A stretch of 64,000 bases of DNA. It comes from Perkinsela sp. CCAP 1560/9 (taxonomy: Eukaryota > Protista > Euglenozoa: Kinetoplastea). Shown piece by piece: positions 1-12,500 of this stretch (its first letter is position 1; each line of letters begins with the position of its first letter). The stretch spans positions 1-64,000 of the forward strand of contig CBFFSA010000041.1 in assembly GCA_965644495.1 (NCBI GenBank), in the 5' to 3' direction. The translations under genes were made by a program, and so were the position numbers. Below the pieces are notes generated by a model. The model saw only the letters and a program-made list of their open reading frames with translations. It did no database searches and was not told the origin of the DNA.

Positions 1-3000
1 CCTCTTTCTTCCTCCCAGCACCTCTTCCGGTAGACAACGAAAACAACCCGTCGATCCCACTACCGATCGGTGAACTTTACACTGCCGGAGTGGTTGAAAG
101 AGAGGATGGTGTTTATAGCATAGGGGAGATAATTCAACCCACCGAAAATCAGGAAGGTACGACAGAAGGAGGATACGAGCCCGACAATGTCAACTCGATC
201 GATCCGCATGCCAGACACGACGACTTAGAAAGAATTTGCTTCGACGAAGAAGTCGATTCTGGACGGCTATGCACTGAGCTTGGGTCTATGTCACCGCAGT
301 CTCACTATCCGATTCCCGCCGATCATTTGTGGAATGCCTCGAAACATGTCAAAAAGGGAGCGATGTGCACCATCGCATGGACATTCGATAACCGAGACCA
401 GATCAATATATCTATTGGCAAAGTTACCAGCGTGAATAGGAGAAAAGGTGCCGCCAAATTGAACTTGCAATACAAAGGTATTGCAGGCCACAAGATCGAT
501 GAAGAATTTTTCGGAACGCTGCCACCACAAGAAACGGTTAGAGTGTACAAAATTATATGGCACTGTACTCCACCGCCCCCAGAAACCTGTCCACCGAAGC
601 TGAACCAGTCGATCCCGCACATTCCCAATGCAGCCCTTCCCGTCCCTGATTGGACTGACGACGATCTGGACCGAGCACCTATCCCAACATCACGAGTTAT
701 GAGGCCTGAGTTAATACCAGGCGTCATCGCCACATACCGAGAAATAATGAGTGACTACGCGAACAGCCCTTACCCACAAAGACACAAAATCTGGCACGCG
801 GTCCTCTCGGCCATGAAAACATCCTTAGCTACACTTCGACAACAATCCAATCGCAACAGACGTCGGCGACCATTCCCGCCGGAGGAAACAGCGCGAGACT
901 CAGCCCAACAGAATATGAAAGATGGGAAAGCACTTTTGGATCGTTCGAATGGAAAAGAAGACAATGGAGACGAACTTTCGGAGAACAAGGGAGACCTCAC
1001 GGCTTCTGATAAACGAGCCATTAAAAGAGCAACACGGCTCGTGATAGAAGGATATGCCAGGAAAGGAGCTCAAGTGCTTGACCGCAAAATTGAGAAGCAA
1101 TACTTATCCGAAGAAGAGACATTCAAGAAACTTCAAGACTTACACCCACAAAACCCATACGAACTTGATCTTCCATGTGACGCCCACCTAATAGGCGGAC
1201 TCACCCCTACTGAACTCCGCTCTGCTGGGTTGCGCCTCGCCAAAGGAGCTAGCCCCGGACCAACTGGTACGACGGACACGATAGTACGCATACTCATCGA
1301 TGACCCTGTATGCTGCGGGAGTCTTTGCCACATGATTCAGGACCTGATCAATGGATTTCTCACTAAAGAACTGATGCGCCGATTAACACGAGCAAGGTTA
1401 ATTGGTATTCCCAAGCCTGATGGAGGCATCCGCCCGATCGCAATTGGTGAAGTCCTAATGAAACTTTCTGGCTTGGTCCTTGTTCAGCGATTTGAACCCA
1501 CCCTGCAACCGCTATTTGCGCCGCTCCAACAAGGAGTTCTATCTAAGTCAGGCTGCGAGAAGATTGTACATCGGCTAAACTCCCTATATCGCGACGGCTC
1601 GTGCATCCTATCCGTAGATGTAAAAAACGCCTTCAACTCCCCATCGCGACCAGCTCTGGCGAAAGCCGTATATGGTCTTGCTACATTGAAACCCTTCCAG
1701 AGGTTTTTCCATGCTGAATACGCAACGGCATCTGAGTTGCTATACTACGGAAATCAAGGTCACCATGTAGGAACAATTCCAAGCACAAATGGTGTCCGAC
1801 AAGGGTCCACACTTTCATCGGTTTATTTCTGTGCCCTATTGCAACCAATCCTTGAAACTCTGTCTGCAGAGCACCCTGATATCACAATCAACGCTTATGT
1901 CGATGATGTAACTATTGCGTCAAAAAACCCCGAGCGATTGGCCAGTGCCTTCTCCCGACTAAAAACGCTTCTAGAGGAACAAAATCTAATAGTTGCTCCC
2001 AAAAAATGTGTCTGGTTTGGCGGACTGGAAGAAGAACCATTACCACAAGAATTAGAGAGCGCCGGGGTAATCACCAAAAAAAAAGCAACAAAAATCCTTG
2101 GGGCTTTCATCGGGGACGACAAATCGGTCAGCGAACGCCTAATACAGTCACTGACGAAGCACAACGACAGCTTTCGACGGCTCAAATTGATGGGGGTTAA
2201 CAATGTATCGTGCAATCTGCTTTCCAGATGTATAAACGTTAGACAGGCCTACCACCTCCGTGCACACAACCCCACCGCTTCAGCTGAACTAGCGACCCGA
2301 TTCGACAAAGAGGTAGAAAACGTTCTTACATCATGGTTCGGACATCTCTCGGATGAACAAATCGCGTTGCTGCGAATGCCCACAAAAAAAGGAGGACTTG
2401 GCTTGACAGACTGCTCTTCCACGCGAGAGGCCGCGTACCGCTCCTCATGCCACTCTGTTCTTGAGCGCCCCATAAACAATTCAGCTCGGACAGATGGAAT
2501 CAGGGAGCGAAATGTTGGATCAGCGGACCACCTTCAGAGCAACATACCTCCGGTAGACGAAACCACGACGGCGGCTCAAAAGCACATCAAAATTTGGAAA
2601 AAGATGACCCGCGAGCAATCAAACATAGCGAAGGTACTCGAAAAAGTAACACACAAAGGCAATAACGGATGGACGAACTCTGACGCGCGACTCATACCAT
2701 CACACCTGTTCAGTCTCGCCGTCATGCCCCGATTGGGAATCGCTCACCCAGATCTGCCATCACACATCACATGCCCCGGCTGCAGAATTCTTCTTGACTC
2801 CGATTCAATCTTGACACACATCATGGGCTGTACAAAATGCGGTGGTCTCAATGCCACGACTAAACACAACACTCTGGTCAACTTCATTTACGAACTCTGT
2901 ATGAAAACAGGCATTCCGTGCGAAAAGGAGCCCCGTGCACTGTCAACTTTCCGCTGCACACAATGTAACGAGATCGTTAACCCCAATCACCGAAAACTTC

Positions 3001-3519
3001 ACGAGAAAACGTGTGGTGGGCGGTCGTTTCATCGGTCCGGTCCTGACATTGTTATATATTGGGCAACCGGCGAGATATACTACGATCTAACAGTCATCCA
3101 CGAATTGGCACCCTCAAACCTTGACACAAAGTGTGCACATTTATTCCGCGACGCCTGTCGACGAAAACATGACACATACGTCAAGACCGGGAAGATCATG
3201 GCTGAAAGCTTTCAATGTATACCTGTCCTCTCAGGGGGTGCAATGCATTCAAACACGAAGGCTCTTATGGATGCTCTCGCAGATGCCTGTGGAATGCAGC
3301 GCAAACGCGTTTATGCCGAATTTCAGCTATTGTTGCAGGAGCTTAATGGGGCGGTAGCATATTCACAGCTGAGTCGATACCTTCGCAAGGAGGACAAAAC
3401 TCGGGAACATGCCTTCTAAAGCACGGAACAATGCGCCTTCGCCAGTGCACTGATTTCAATTCGCTGAGAATCTAACGCTGAGAATCTAAGAACATATAAT
3501 ATAAGAATGAAAAAAAAAA
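1..3519 (+). mobile_element. Family F element: ORF, short 3' UTR and A10 tail (3510-3519)
   Basis: ORF stop at 3419, ~90-nt UTR, oligo(A). Confidence 0.75.
3..3419 (+). CDS. RLE-type (CRE-like) non-LTR retrotransposon polyprotein, family F; frame is open to the window's left edge (5' incomplete)
   Basis: RT motifs (GIRPIAIGE, DVKNAFN, GVRQGS, YVDD), CCHC finger (CPGC..HIMGC..KHN) and RLE motif (SGPD..YYDLTVIH..RK); no stop from position 3 to the annotated GTG at 90. Confidence 0.9.
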   Translation, partial: SFFLPAPLPVDNENNPSIPLPIGELYTAGVVEREDGVYSIGEIIQPTENQEGTTEGGYEPDNVNSIDPHARHDDLERICFDEEVDSGRLCTELGSMSPQSHYPIPADHLWNASKHVKKGAMCTIAWTFDNRDQINISIGKVTSVNRRKGAAKLNLQYKGIAGHKIDEEFFGTLPPQETVRVYKIIWHCTPPPPETCPPKLNQSIPHIPNAALPVPDWTDDDLDRAPIPTSRVMRPELIPGVIATYREIMSDYANSPYPQRHKIWHAVLSAMKTSLATLRQQSNRNRRRRPFPPEETARDSAQQNMKDGKALLDRSNGKEDNGDELSENKGDLTASDKRAIKRATRLVIEGYARKGAQVLDRKIEKQYLSEEETFKKLQDLHPQNPYELDLPCDAHLIGGLTPTELRSAGLRLAKGASPGPTGTTDTIVRILIDDPVCCGSLCHMIQDLINGFLTKELMRRLTRARLIGIPKPDGGIRPIAIGEVLMKLSGLVLVQRFEPTLQPLFAPLQQGVLSKSGCEKIVHRLNSLYRDGSCILSVDVKNAFNSPSRPALAKAVYGLATLKPFQRFFHAEYATASELLYYGNQGHHVGTIPSTNGVRQGSTLSSVYFCALLQPILETLSAEHPDITINAYVDDVTIASKNPERLASAFSRLKTLLEEQNLIVAPKKCVWFGGLEEEPLPQELESAGVITKKKATKILGAFIGDDKSVSERLIQSLTKHNDSFRRLKLMGVNNVSCNLLSRCINVRQAYHLRAHNPTASAELATRFDKEVENVLTSWFGHLSDEQIALLRMPTKKGGLGLTDCSSTREAAYRSSCHSVLERPINNSARTDGIRERNVGSADHLQSNIPPVDETTTAAQKHIKIWKKMTREQSNIAKVLEKVTHKGNNGWTNSDARLIPSHLFSLAVMPRLGIAHPDLPSHITCPGCRILLDSDSILTHIMGCTKCGGLNATTKHNTLVNFIYELCMKTGIPCEKEPRALSTFRCTQCNEIVNPNHRKLHEKTCGGRSFHRSGPDIVIYWATGEIYYDLTVIHELAPSNLDTKCAHLFRDACRRKHDTYVKTGKIMAESFQCIPVLSGGAMHSNTKALMDALADACGMQRKRVYAEFQLLLQELNGAVAYSQLSRYLRKEDKTREHAF

Positions 3520-3537
3520 CTATAAATTTAGATATAA

Positions 3538-4730
3538 ATTTAGAGCTCATTCTGAACCGAAGCAAAGAAGCGAACTTACATTTAGAGAGTACGAATGACT
3601 ATGTGAATCCTTACCTTTTCCGCTACACCCTAATGATGCGACTTGGAATAAGTCTACCGAAAGCGCCAATAAACGTCGTATGCCCGGGATGCTGTGGTCC
3701 AGAAACATCTTTTAGTATTATTCCACATATCGCAGGATGCTCGAGATGCTCAGGTATGAACTGCACTCGTAAACACTCTCACATCGTGCGCTATCTAGCT
3801 GACTTGTGCGCGAAGGCAGGACTTCCGTGTGTTATCGAACCGCGAATTCACTCCTCATTTTATTGTACAAAGTGTAAATGCTCTATTTCTGCGGAGGTTT
3901 CTGACCAACATCCATGTAAGGCGCGCAGGATTCGATCTGGCCCCGACCTCGCTATCATGTGGCCCCATATGGGAGAAGTCCTCTATGATTTCACAGTGGT
4001 TCACACTTGCTGCAACAGTTACAAGAAACAAACAAGCAACTACCTACTGCAGCAAGCCCAGGAAAGGAAGTTCAAGAAATATGTGACAGAGAAAGGTGTG
4101 GACAGTGAGGCATTTCGTTGCATCGCCGCCTCAGATTGTGGTGTGTTGCACAACGACACAAAACAACTATTAAAGGCGTTGGCTCAGCGCGCGAATCGAA
4201 AATATGAAAACGTGCGTGAGGCTTTTCAGCTGGAACTTGAAAAGCTATCGGCTTACACGGTAGTGTCTCAACTCCGAGATTACATCACCGATGAAAAGTG
4301 GATTGGGAGTTTACGACTCTAAAAGAGTTCACTACCACACGTATATCTCCGTACAAATAAGTATTGATTAGTTGCCTTCGAATATATTAGGTCCTTTCGA
4401 ATGTATTAGATACTGCTACTTCTGCATTGATTCTTCATCACGTTTGACAACAATTGGCGCGTATACAATAATTGATCCGGGAACTGTTCTTTTTTACTTT
4501 GAGGCTTTGCTGGTTTCGAGGGGACAAGTGTCATCCATGCTGTTTTATGCTGTTTTATGTGGTCCAACATATATTCGATCATTGAAAATTGTTGATCTTA
4601 CCATGTGAATGGAACGATGCGTATTGCATCGGTACACGAACATTGCCCCGTAGTTTGTTCAAATTGGTTTCTACGGATAGTTGCCGGGGATTTCCAGACG
4701 GCGAGTAAGTTCAAAAAAAAAAAAAAAAAA
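3538..4730 (+). pseudogene. 5'-truncated family G RLE element (finger + RLE to stop 4322, 3' UTR, poly(A) 4713-4730)
   Basis: Near-identical to 20822-22016; CPGC..HIAGC..RKH and SGPD..LYDFTVVH..RK motifs. Confidence 0.85.
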
Positions 4731-7700
4731 GCGATGACCGTAAATTTCTGGTAGAGTGAAGTTCGAGTTGTGTCATCGCAACTTTCCTTTTGCGAGTGGA
4801 AAAAGGTTATAAGTCACTAGAGTAAAATAATGTATAGTATAGTATGCTAAAAGTATAATTACATGGTTCCCCCCGGAGGGGGCAAAATCAGGTACATATA
4901 TGTATATGTGCCCCGTAGGGCCACGGTCAAAGAATAAATGTTTTCTTCAAGCAATTCTTTCCGTAAACTCTAAGGATAACCGATCACCTAGGCGACCCTT
5001 GGAAACACGAAGGCAACACCAACAGACTATTAAGGACAGCACCCTCGGCGAACAAACGCCGACACGCTCTCAGCCAGCCCACCAGATCCAATCACCTCCA
5101 AAGCATTCCTCCGGCACAAAACCCATGACTAGCGAAACTGGTTGTTCCGAAGCACAATCGGACGGTAGGCGCGAAGACTTTGGCAACAGATATGCCCCAC
5201 GAAACGGAAGCGACAAGCCCCCACCACTTCCGCAGAGCGCTCCCAAACACCGCATCTGTCCTGCTGAAGGATGCGCCTGGCGCACGATTGCACATGGAGG
5301 GTCTTGGCAAGCATATTATAACCACGTAGCGTACCACCACAGTACCGGCGTCCCGGCTGCATGGTGGGCAGCGGAAGGCAAGTTCCTTTGTGAAACGTGC
5401 GGCAAACACTACACGCTCAACCGTAAAACTACGCACCCGAAGACCTGCATCGGTCAATCAAGTCAAGCAGCACAAATGTCAGTAGATATTTTTTCGCAGC
5501 ACTCCATCGTAACAGAAACCGCCGAATTACCTACTTTGGCAAGTGTCTGCACACTCGAGAAGAGCACATGTAAAGACGTGCCCCACCGATGCCGTCAGCT
5601 GTGGGCGGAGATCTTAACTAGCGCTTTGAAGGCAGCACTACAAGAAAACTCAGTAGCGACATGGACACTCCTTGCCATGCTCCCAAAGTGTGTGTTACCG
5701 GCCCCTCGACGCGGAGGGCGTAAAGGCTACATGGCGTACTCATCCCACGTTCGAAAGTGCATGGAGCGATGGATGGCAAAGGAATACACTCAGTTGTGGA
5801 AAGAGGCAGCCGCTAATAGACGACAACGAAACCCTGACCCCATTTCGGAACAACATGAGGCCCAGAAAGCCGTCATCCGCGCAGAACTTCTAGTCAGACA
5901 AGGTGAATTCTCTAGAGGTATGGCTGCCTTAACCGCAGCGCCGATGGCAGATGAAAACGAAGAAACATATGCGAAGCTGTTGGAGAAGCATCCGGCACGT
6001 CAAACTACTACGGAAGCCCTCGCCGACCCTCCACCACATGTCAAACATTTGAACCTCGAAGAATCCGATATTAAAGTAGCCATAAACAGTTTTCGTCGAG
6101 GATCTTCAGCAGGTACGATGGGTCTCCGCCCGGAACACTTACAATCCGCGCTTCTTTCCTACGAAGACAAGAATGTTCACCCGCTTCAGGAACTCACAAA
6201 CCTAGCTAATCATCTTCTTTCTGGCAAAGCACCCATCGAAGTACAAGCATATTTCGCAGGTGCGCGACTATGTGCGCTCAAGAAGGGGGAAAACGACGTT
6301 CGCCCTATCGCAGCGGGGGAGACTATTCGTCAGTTAGTGAGCAAGGCCGCATGCAGTAGTGTCCGAATGAAAGCGGGGAAATACTTTGAAGCACAACAAT
6401 ATCGAGTGGCCACCCGAGCAGGGGCAGAACGTATCATTCACCTTTGTAGGCTTGCAATGGACACTGACACAACAAATTCCGATATAGTTTTATGCAAAGT
6501 TGATTTGTCCAACGCATTTAACAACGTTAGCCGTGACGCATTCATCAGTCTCACCAGAGAGCACTTCCCGGAATTGTCCATATGGGTAGAATGGTGCTAC
6601 GTCGAAAACAGTAGCTTAACTTACGGGCACCGTTTCGTACCGTCCGCGGAAGGGGTACAACAGGGCGATCCCCTCGGTCCTCTTCTCTTTTCCTTAGTCA
6701 TGTTGGAGGTTACCAAACAAATTCAGTCGTACACGGAACTTCTTCTAAACCTGTGGTACTTAGACGATGGAGTTTTTATAGGGAAAGCAGAAGAAGTAAG
6801 AAAAGCCCTCGACATACTTGATCACCTCGGACCAGGTCAGGGACTACACCTCAATAGCAAGAAATGCGAGATCATCACACTACCCTCATCTGCACACCAA
6901 ACATCTCTTTTCCCAGATATACCAAAAGACAAGCAAAACACAGAAGGAAATTTCGACATCCTAGGAAGCCCTATCGGATCCCACAAACACTGCGCCGAAT
7001 ACCTCATGACCAATGCGATCGAACCAGCAGAAGATACTTTAGTTGCTTCCAGTTTAATTGAGGACCCGCAGGTCGCCATGGCACTGATACGACAATGTGC
7101 TGGCTTTTGTCAACTGGTCTACGCCCTACGTACAACACCCCCACAATGCATACAACGCGTTTGCGAACATCTAGACAATTCACTGTTGAGCACAGCTGAG
7201 GAAATACTTTGCCCACTGAACGCCCCTGCCCGCGCTCAGATCCAACGCCTGAAGAGACACGGAGGTTTCGGTCTGCGTTCATCGGAAATGTACTCGTCTT
7301 CAGCTTACGTAGCATCTGTGGTGTTCGCAGCAAGCAAGGACGGATGGAATCCACTGGACGCGGAAGGTTTTTCACCTGCCGTCAACGACGTGAACGCAAA
7401 AGCCGGAGGCACTCTCGTAGATCCCGAAACGGGTCGTTTCCTTTGCCCCACCACCCAACAGCGCGACCTATCACATCCCTCTTTTCCCCCAAAGCCACCC
7501 ATTCACTCTTCCACACAGGTCGATACAGCCCGCGAGCCATCAGACACCGGACCTTTTTTAGATGCTGACCCGCCGTTGGGCGCTGACCTTGACATAGATA
7601 TTGACCCGCCAGAATGGGACGAAAGTATCATCCCACGTCAGAAAGATATCATCCGCGCTATAGGGGAAAGGGAGTTTAATATAGCATACTGTTCCGCTGA

Positions 7701-9543
7701 TACGCGAACGCGAACCAGATGGGTATCACAATCAGGGAAAGGGGCTAGCAGCTGGGCATTCGTCACCCCATCGAAGGACCTGGGCTATGCATTCAAACCC
7801 GCGGAGTTTCGAACCTTCTGTCGATGGTGGTTGGGGGTGGATGTATACGGAGAAACTCGTCCATGTCCCTCGGATGAATGCAAACTCCCTCTGGGTTAAG
7901 TTCTTAGTGTTTCTGATCCCCTGAAGGGGATCACGCACTCGTGTGCAAACATGGACAAGGTATAATAAACCGGCACAATTCCCTGGTTGAACATTTTTCC
8001 TCCTTCTGCGGGCATGCCTCTTTGGCACCCCAACGAGAGCACAGTCTTGGCAATCGAGGTCCCGGAGGGGAGCTCACCAGGCCAGGCGATGTGTTTCTCC
8101 CCACGTATTCCAAGGCTAAAGGCATGGTCCTTGATTTTGCAGTTACCCACGCTCAGCAAACTAAATACACGGACAAAGTTCGTAACGCTAGCTGGGTAGC
8201 TGCAGGATCATTCGTCGAGCACTACGCAGAGGAAAAAAAGGTGCACCAACGGTTGGAGGCTGAGGAAGCAGGCCATGAATTCACAGCCATGGTGGTAGAG
8301 AGCTATGGCTCCTGGAGCGTGAGCGCAACGTCCGTTCTAAAGGGAGTCGGAAAGAGGCGGGCACAGGCCTCAAATGGGACCCTTACGGTCCGGTGCGCAG
8401 GAGTCCACGCGCATTATGAATCTTCTTTTGCGTTCCACGCTTGATCGGGGGGCCTTGTTTCGTCCTCACAAGGGCGGGAGGAGTCCTGCTAAGCTCCGCG
8501 CGAGGTCGTTGAGACAGTTGTTGCTGCGTATGGAAAAGGGGGCGAGGCTGGCAGTGGTGTGGAGATACGGGTATAGTGATGATTTGAAGTTGTGGGAGGG
8601 GGTCTTCGAACGATGGCTTGGCTTGTGGCGCATTCGATACACCGATCGCCCGCGTGAAACACTTCCGTTTCCCCCTTTAAGTCCTTTGATCGTTCTCTGC
8701 GCTGCTCGTGTTTTCAAACCTTTTTCCCTGTCCAGCAGAAAAAAGCGACATCGCAAAAGTAGGGCATTGTCCGGCAAACGTGCTCTTCATGACTCGGAGG
8801 GTCCTAGAGGCCCCGCTGTGAAGGGAAAGCTTAACGTGGCAACCTTGAATGTGACTAGTCTAAAGCTAAAGGGTGAGGATGAGTTTAGTTTGAGAAAGTG
8901 CGGGCACCTGTATGAAGTACTTAATTTTATGAATATGAAAGGAATCAATATTCTGGGAATGCAGGAGACAAGGTACAGATTTTCGTCTTCTGAAAAGTCG
9001 GAGGTACTTTGCCGCAAAGTACATTACCAGAATTCGGAATATTTCTTCAACCTCATTACAGCTCGCGCGAAGGATGCGTACAATGGAATGGGCATCGTAA
9101 GCTCAATGCCTATGTCCAAGGTATTTCGAGTAAGTGAAAGGATCATGGTTGGTGAATTTGAGATGGAAGACGGAGTTGGGACAGTTGTTAATGTTTATGC
9201 TCCTACAAGAGATTCTTCGGAACTCGCGCTATCAACATTTTACGGAGATTTAGAAAAGTGTTGCACAAAAGCATTAGAAAACAATCTGCGACGCCCTCTT
9301 TTCGTGATAGGAGATTTCAACGCCCCCTTAACGCTTATATCAAACAAAGAAATGGACCCACTGGCTGTTGCTCGTCTCAAAGGTCTTTCCTGTGCTATGG
9401 GATGCAAATCCGCGCATAGTCTGTGCCCTAGTAGTAGGAAGTGGACCTGTGAGCTGCCAAACAAAACTTTGCGTCAATTGGATCATATATTTATAAGCAG
9501 CCGATTCGCATCAGCCATTCAGCGCCACAAGGTCGTAAAGGCA

Positions 9544-12500
9544 ACAACAACAACAACAACAACAACACTGATATAATCAGTTAAGGGGTTAATATTTTCC
9601 CTTAAACATCTTCACACCTTAGATTAAAAACACTGACCACACAACTGTTTGCCATATCTCAAATTTAATGTTTGTTTTAATGAGTCCTCGCATAATGATG
9701 AGTCTTTTCATTACAATAAACAAGGAAATGGAACCACCAACGCCCCTAGAGTTCAACGCAAATTGAAGGTATCAACTACTTGAGCGCTAAAATAAAACAA
9801 TACAACTAACATATAAACATGAACATAAAACTTATAACCTTATATATCTACAATAAATAATAAATATAGTAATAAGAATAAAAACAATCTGACAGAAAAA
9901 ACATGAATAAGAGCTGCTCGCCTTGTCCGGGCTACAAAATCGCTACTCAAAATTTGAAATTAGGGGGGGGGAATATATTTCACAAGATTTCAAATACCAT
10001 TAGTCACGTGAAACGCGTTCTGTAGAATGCTTTCTTTTTGTTTGTGGGCTTCGCAGCTTTGGTTTAATTTCACTTTTCCCGTCTATATTTGTCTGAGCCT
10101 TTTGGTTCTTGTTGTTTCGTTGAAGTTTTAGACGTTCTGGATCTTCGCTTCGCGTTCGTTTCGGAATATTATTCATCACGTCGTTTTTAGATGATTCCTT
10201 TGTTTTTACTTTGGTGTCACGTTTAGTTTGAAATTTTTCTTTTGGAGGATATTTTTCTTTTGAAGGATTGGGGTTCCTCTTTCCTGCTGGGTGATTGTCA
10301 ATACCCTCACGGGTGCTAATTAGTCTCTTCCCTATCACATTTCCGGAGCATCGCCTATAAGTGACGGCGTTGGTGTGATCAAGTGTTCCTGCTTCCTTGG
10401 AAAGCCAATCCGCTATTTCATTATGGGGGTTCCCCTCGTGGGCGCGAACTTTTACGCAAAACAAATTTTTCGATCCTGATTCAATTTTGATACAAATGTT
10501 GCACAGCTTTCGTAGGATTTCTGGATTTTGAAAGTCACTAAACCCTATCAATCTATTGCGGTGCCTGTGGATGTGAAAAAATTCCCATATGTAATGCGAA
10601 TCTGTGTGTACAACGATGTCTGTTCCATAATCTTTGGAAAATTGAAGTGCCTCAATCACCGCATAAAGTTCAACCGCTGTAATTGTACTTTCAATATCTT
10701 CCGGGGGCTTTTTGCTTACCATGACTTGATCAAAACCTTGTCCCAAAATATAAAACCCAGACCCACCTACAGATGCACCTTTCTTTGTGGATAGAGAACC
10801 ATCTGTATATATATGCAATTCACCTTTACGCCGAGCGTATGGTTTGGGACCTTCTTCTACGAATTGTGACGCTTTTGTGTTAGTGATTGCAGAAATTTTT
10901 CTTTCCCATCCAGATTTATTGAACTGTGTGTATGAAGGTCTTGGCTCCAACCGATCGCGAAGTTGATCAACTTTCTTTGCCCATGACGTTCGACTTACTG
11001 GATAATACAGCATCTCTGCTGTACTTAAATTGAGATCTTTCGCGCATAATTCGGAGACTGATCTATTTTTACTGGAATCTTCATCGCGCCATGACATTGT
11101 ATTACAGAAAACTGGTGAATGTCGTACTAAATGCCCTATTGAACTTGCTCGCTGACATTTAGAGACTGTACTGAGCTTGTTTTCTCCCTGATACAATGAT
11201 TCAAGACGCATGCTTCGTTGACCGTCCCAGGATTTATGTACGCAGCACACTATTCGTCTCATTTTAGAAATTTCAGTGTCCATTTTCAGTAAATCGGAGG
11301 TCGAGATCTTCCACGTGCTACAACCATAGGAAATAACTGGCATAACTAAAGTTTGAAATATACGAGTGCGGCAAAGAATTGAAAGAGGTGAGTTCCAAAC
11401 TGGACGCAGCCTGTGCATAGTATACCACCCAAGTCTAATCCGGTCCCTTGGGGTTGATAAGTTATCTTCGGGGTTTGTTGCATTACCTAAGTACCTATAT
11501 GTCTTCACTTTTGGTATTAGACCGAGGGAAGGCAAGACAAGTTCCTCATTTGTATCGGGACATTTTCCGATTGTCATCCATGCAGTTTTATTTATTCCCA
11601 TGTTCATTTTTAAATTTACTTTTCCTGCAACTTCTGCTAATTTTTCAAGCATATTTCCGAGTTCCTGCTTTGTATGCGCAAATAAAGCAATGTCATCTGC
11701 ATAATTTACATCCGAAATTCTAATAGCTTTTTCACCTCGACTTTTTGTTCCCGTAGAGTGCGTGACCAAGCCGTATGAGTTTTTATCAATTGCAGTTTCA
11801 AGAACGCGATCAAGAACCATAATAAATATGTAAGGGGCAAGAACATCACCCTGAAGTGTTCCCGTTGAAATTGGAAATTCTTCAGTGTTTCCGTATGGAG
11901 TCCTGATATACGCTCGTAAATCTGTGTAAATAGACATTATGACTCGTTCTAGGTTTTCAGGGATACCAAAAGCTTGCAGAGCTGCTCGAATAGCCTGCCA
12001 TGTAACCGATGGAAATGCTTGCTTAAAATCCACAAACCCGACAACCACACCACTACCCCTCATCGCCTTGGACGAAATTTCATTAAAAACCGCTTGTGCC
12101 CCATTTGTGGAGTGATGGGGGCGAAATCCAAATTGATTAGGACGCAGCATAGATTCTACCGCAGGTTGTATCCTTGTTAACACCATCCGGTTAAGCAATT
12201 TTACGACGTGATTCACTATACAAACAGGTCTCCAGTTGATGATTTCGCTAAGATTCCCCTTCTTAGGTATCGGAATTTGAAGAATTGTTTTCCATGAATC
12301 CGGAGATGCCCCTGTGAGGTAAATTTCATTCATAATTTCTAGGAGGATGCTGGATAGCTCGTCTTCTTGAACGATGGATCTTAAAACTTCTGCTGGAATA
12401 TTGTCAGCTCCAGGGCATTTTCCATACTTCATCTTAGAAATGGCATCCATTAATTCCACTTTTGTAAACATTTCGTCTAGTATAGGAATCTTGCACTTAC

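Noticed and set aside
4900-4973. MYMCPVGP... as the true N-terminus of family A (also 22186 and 38825)
   Set aside because: Spacer sequence fortuitously in frame with a 5'-truncated copy; the real start is ATG 45275.
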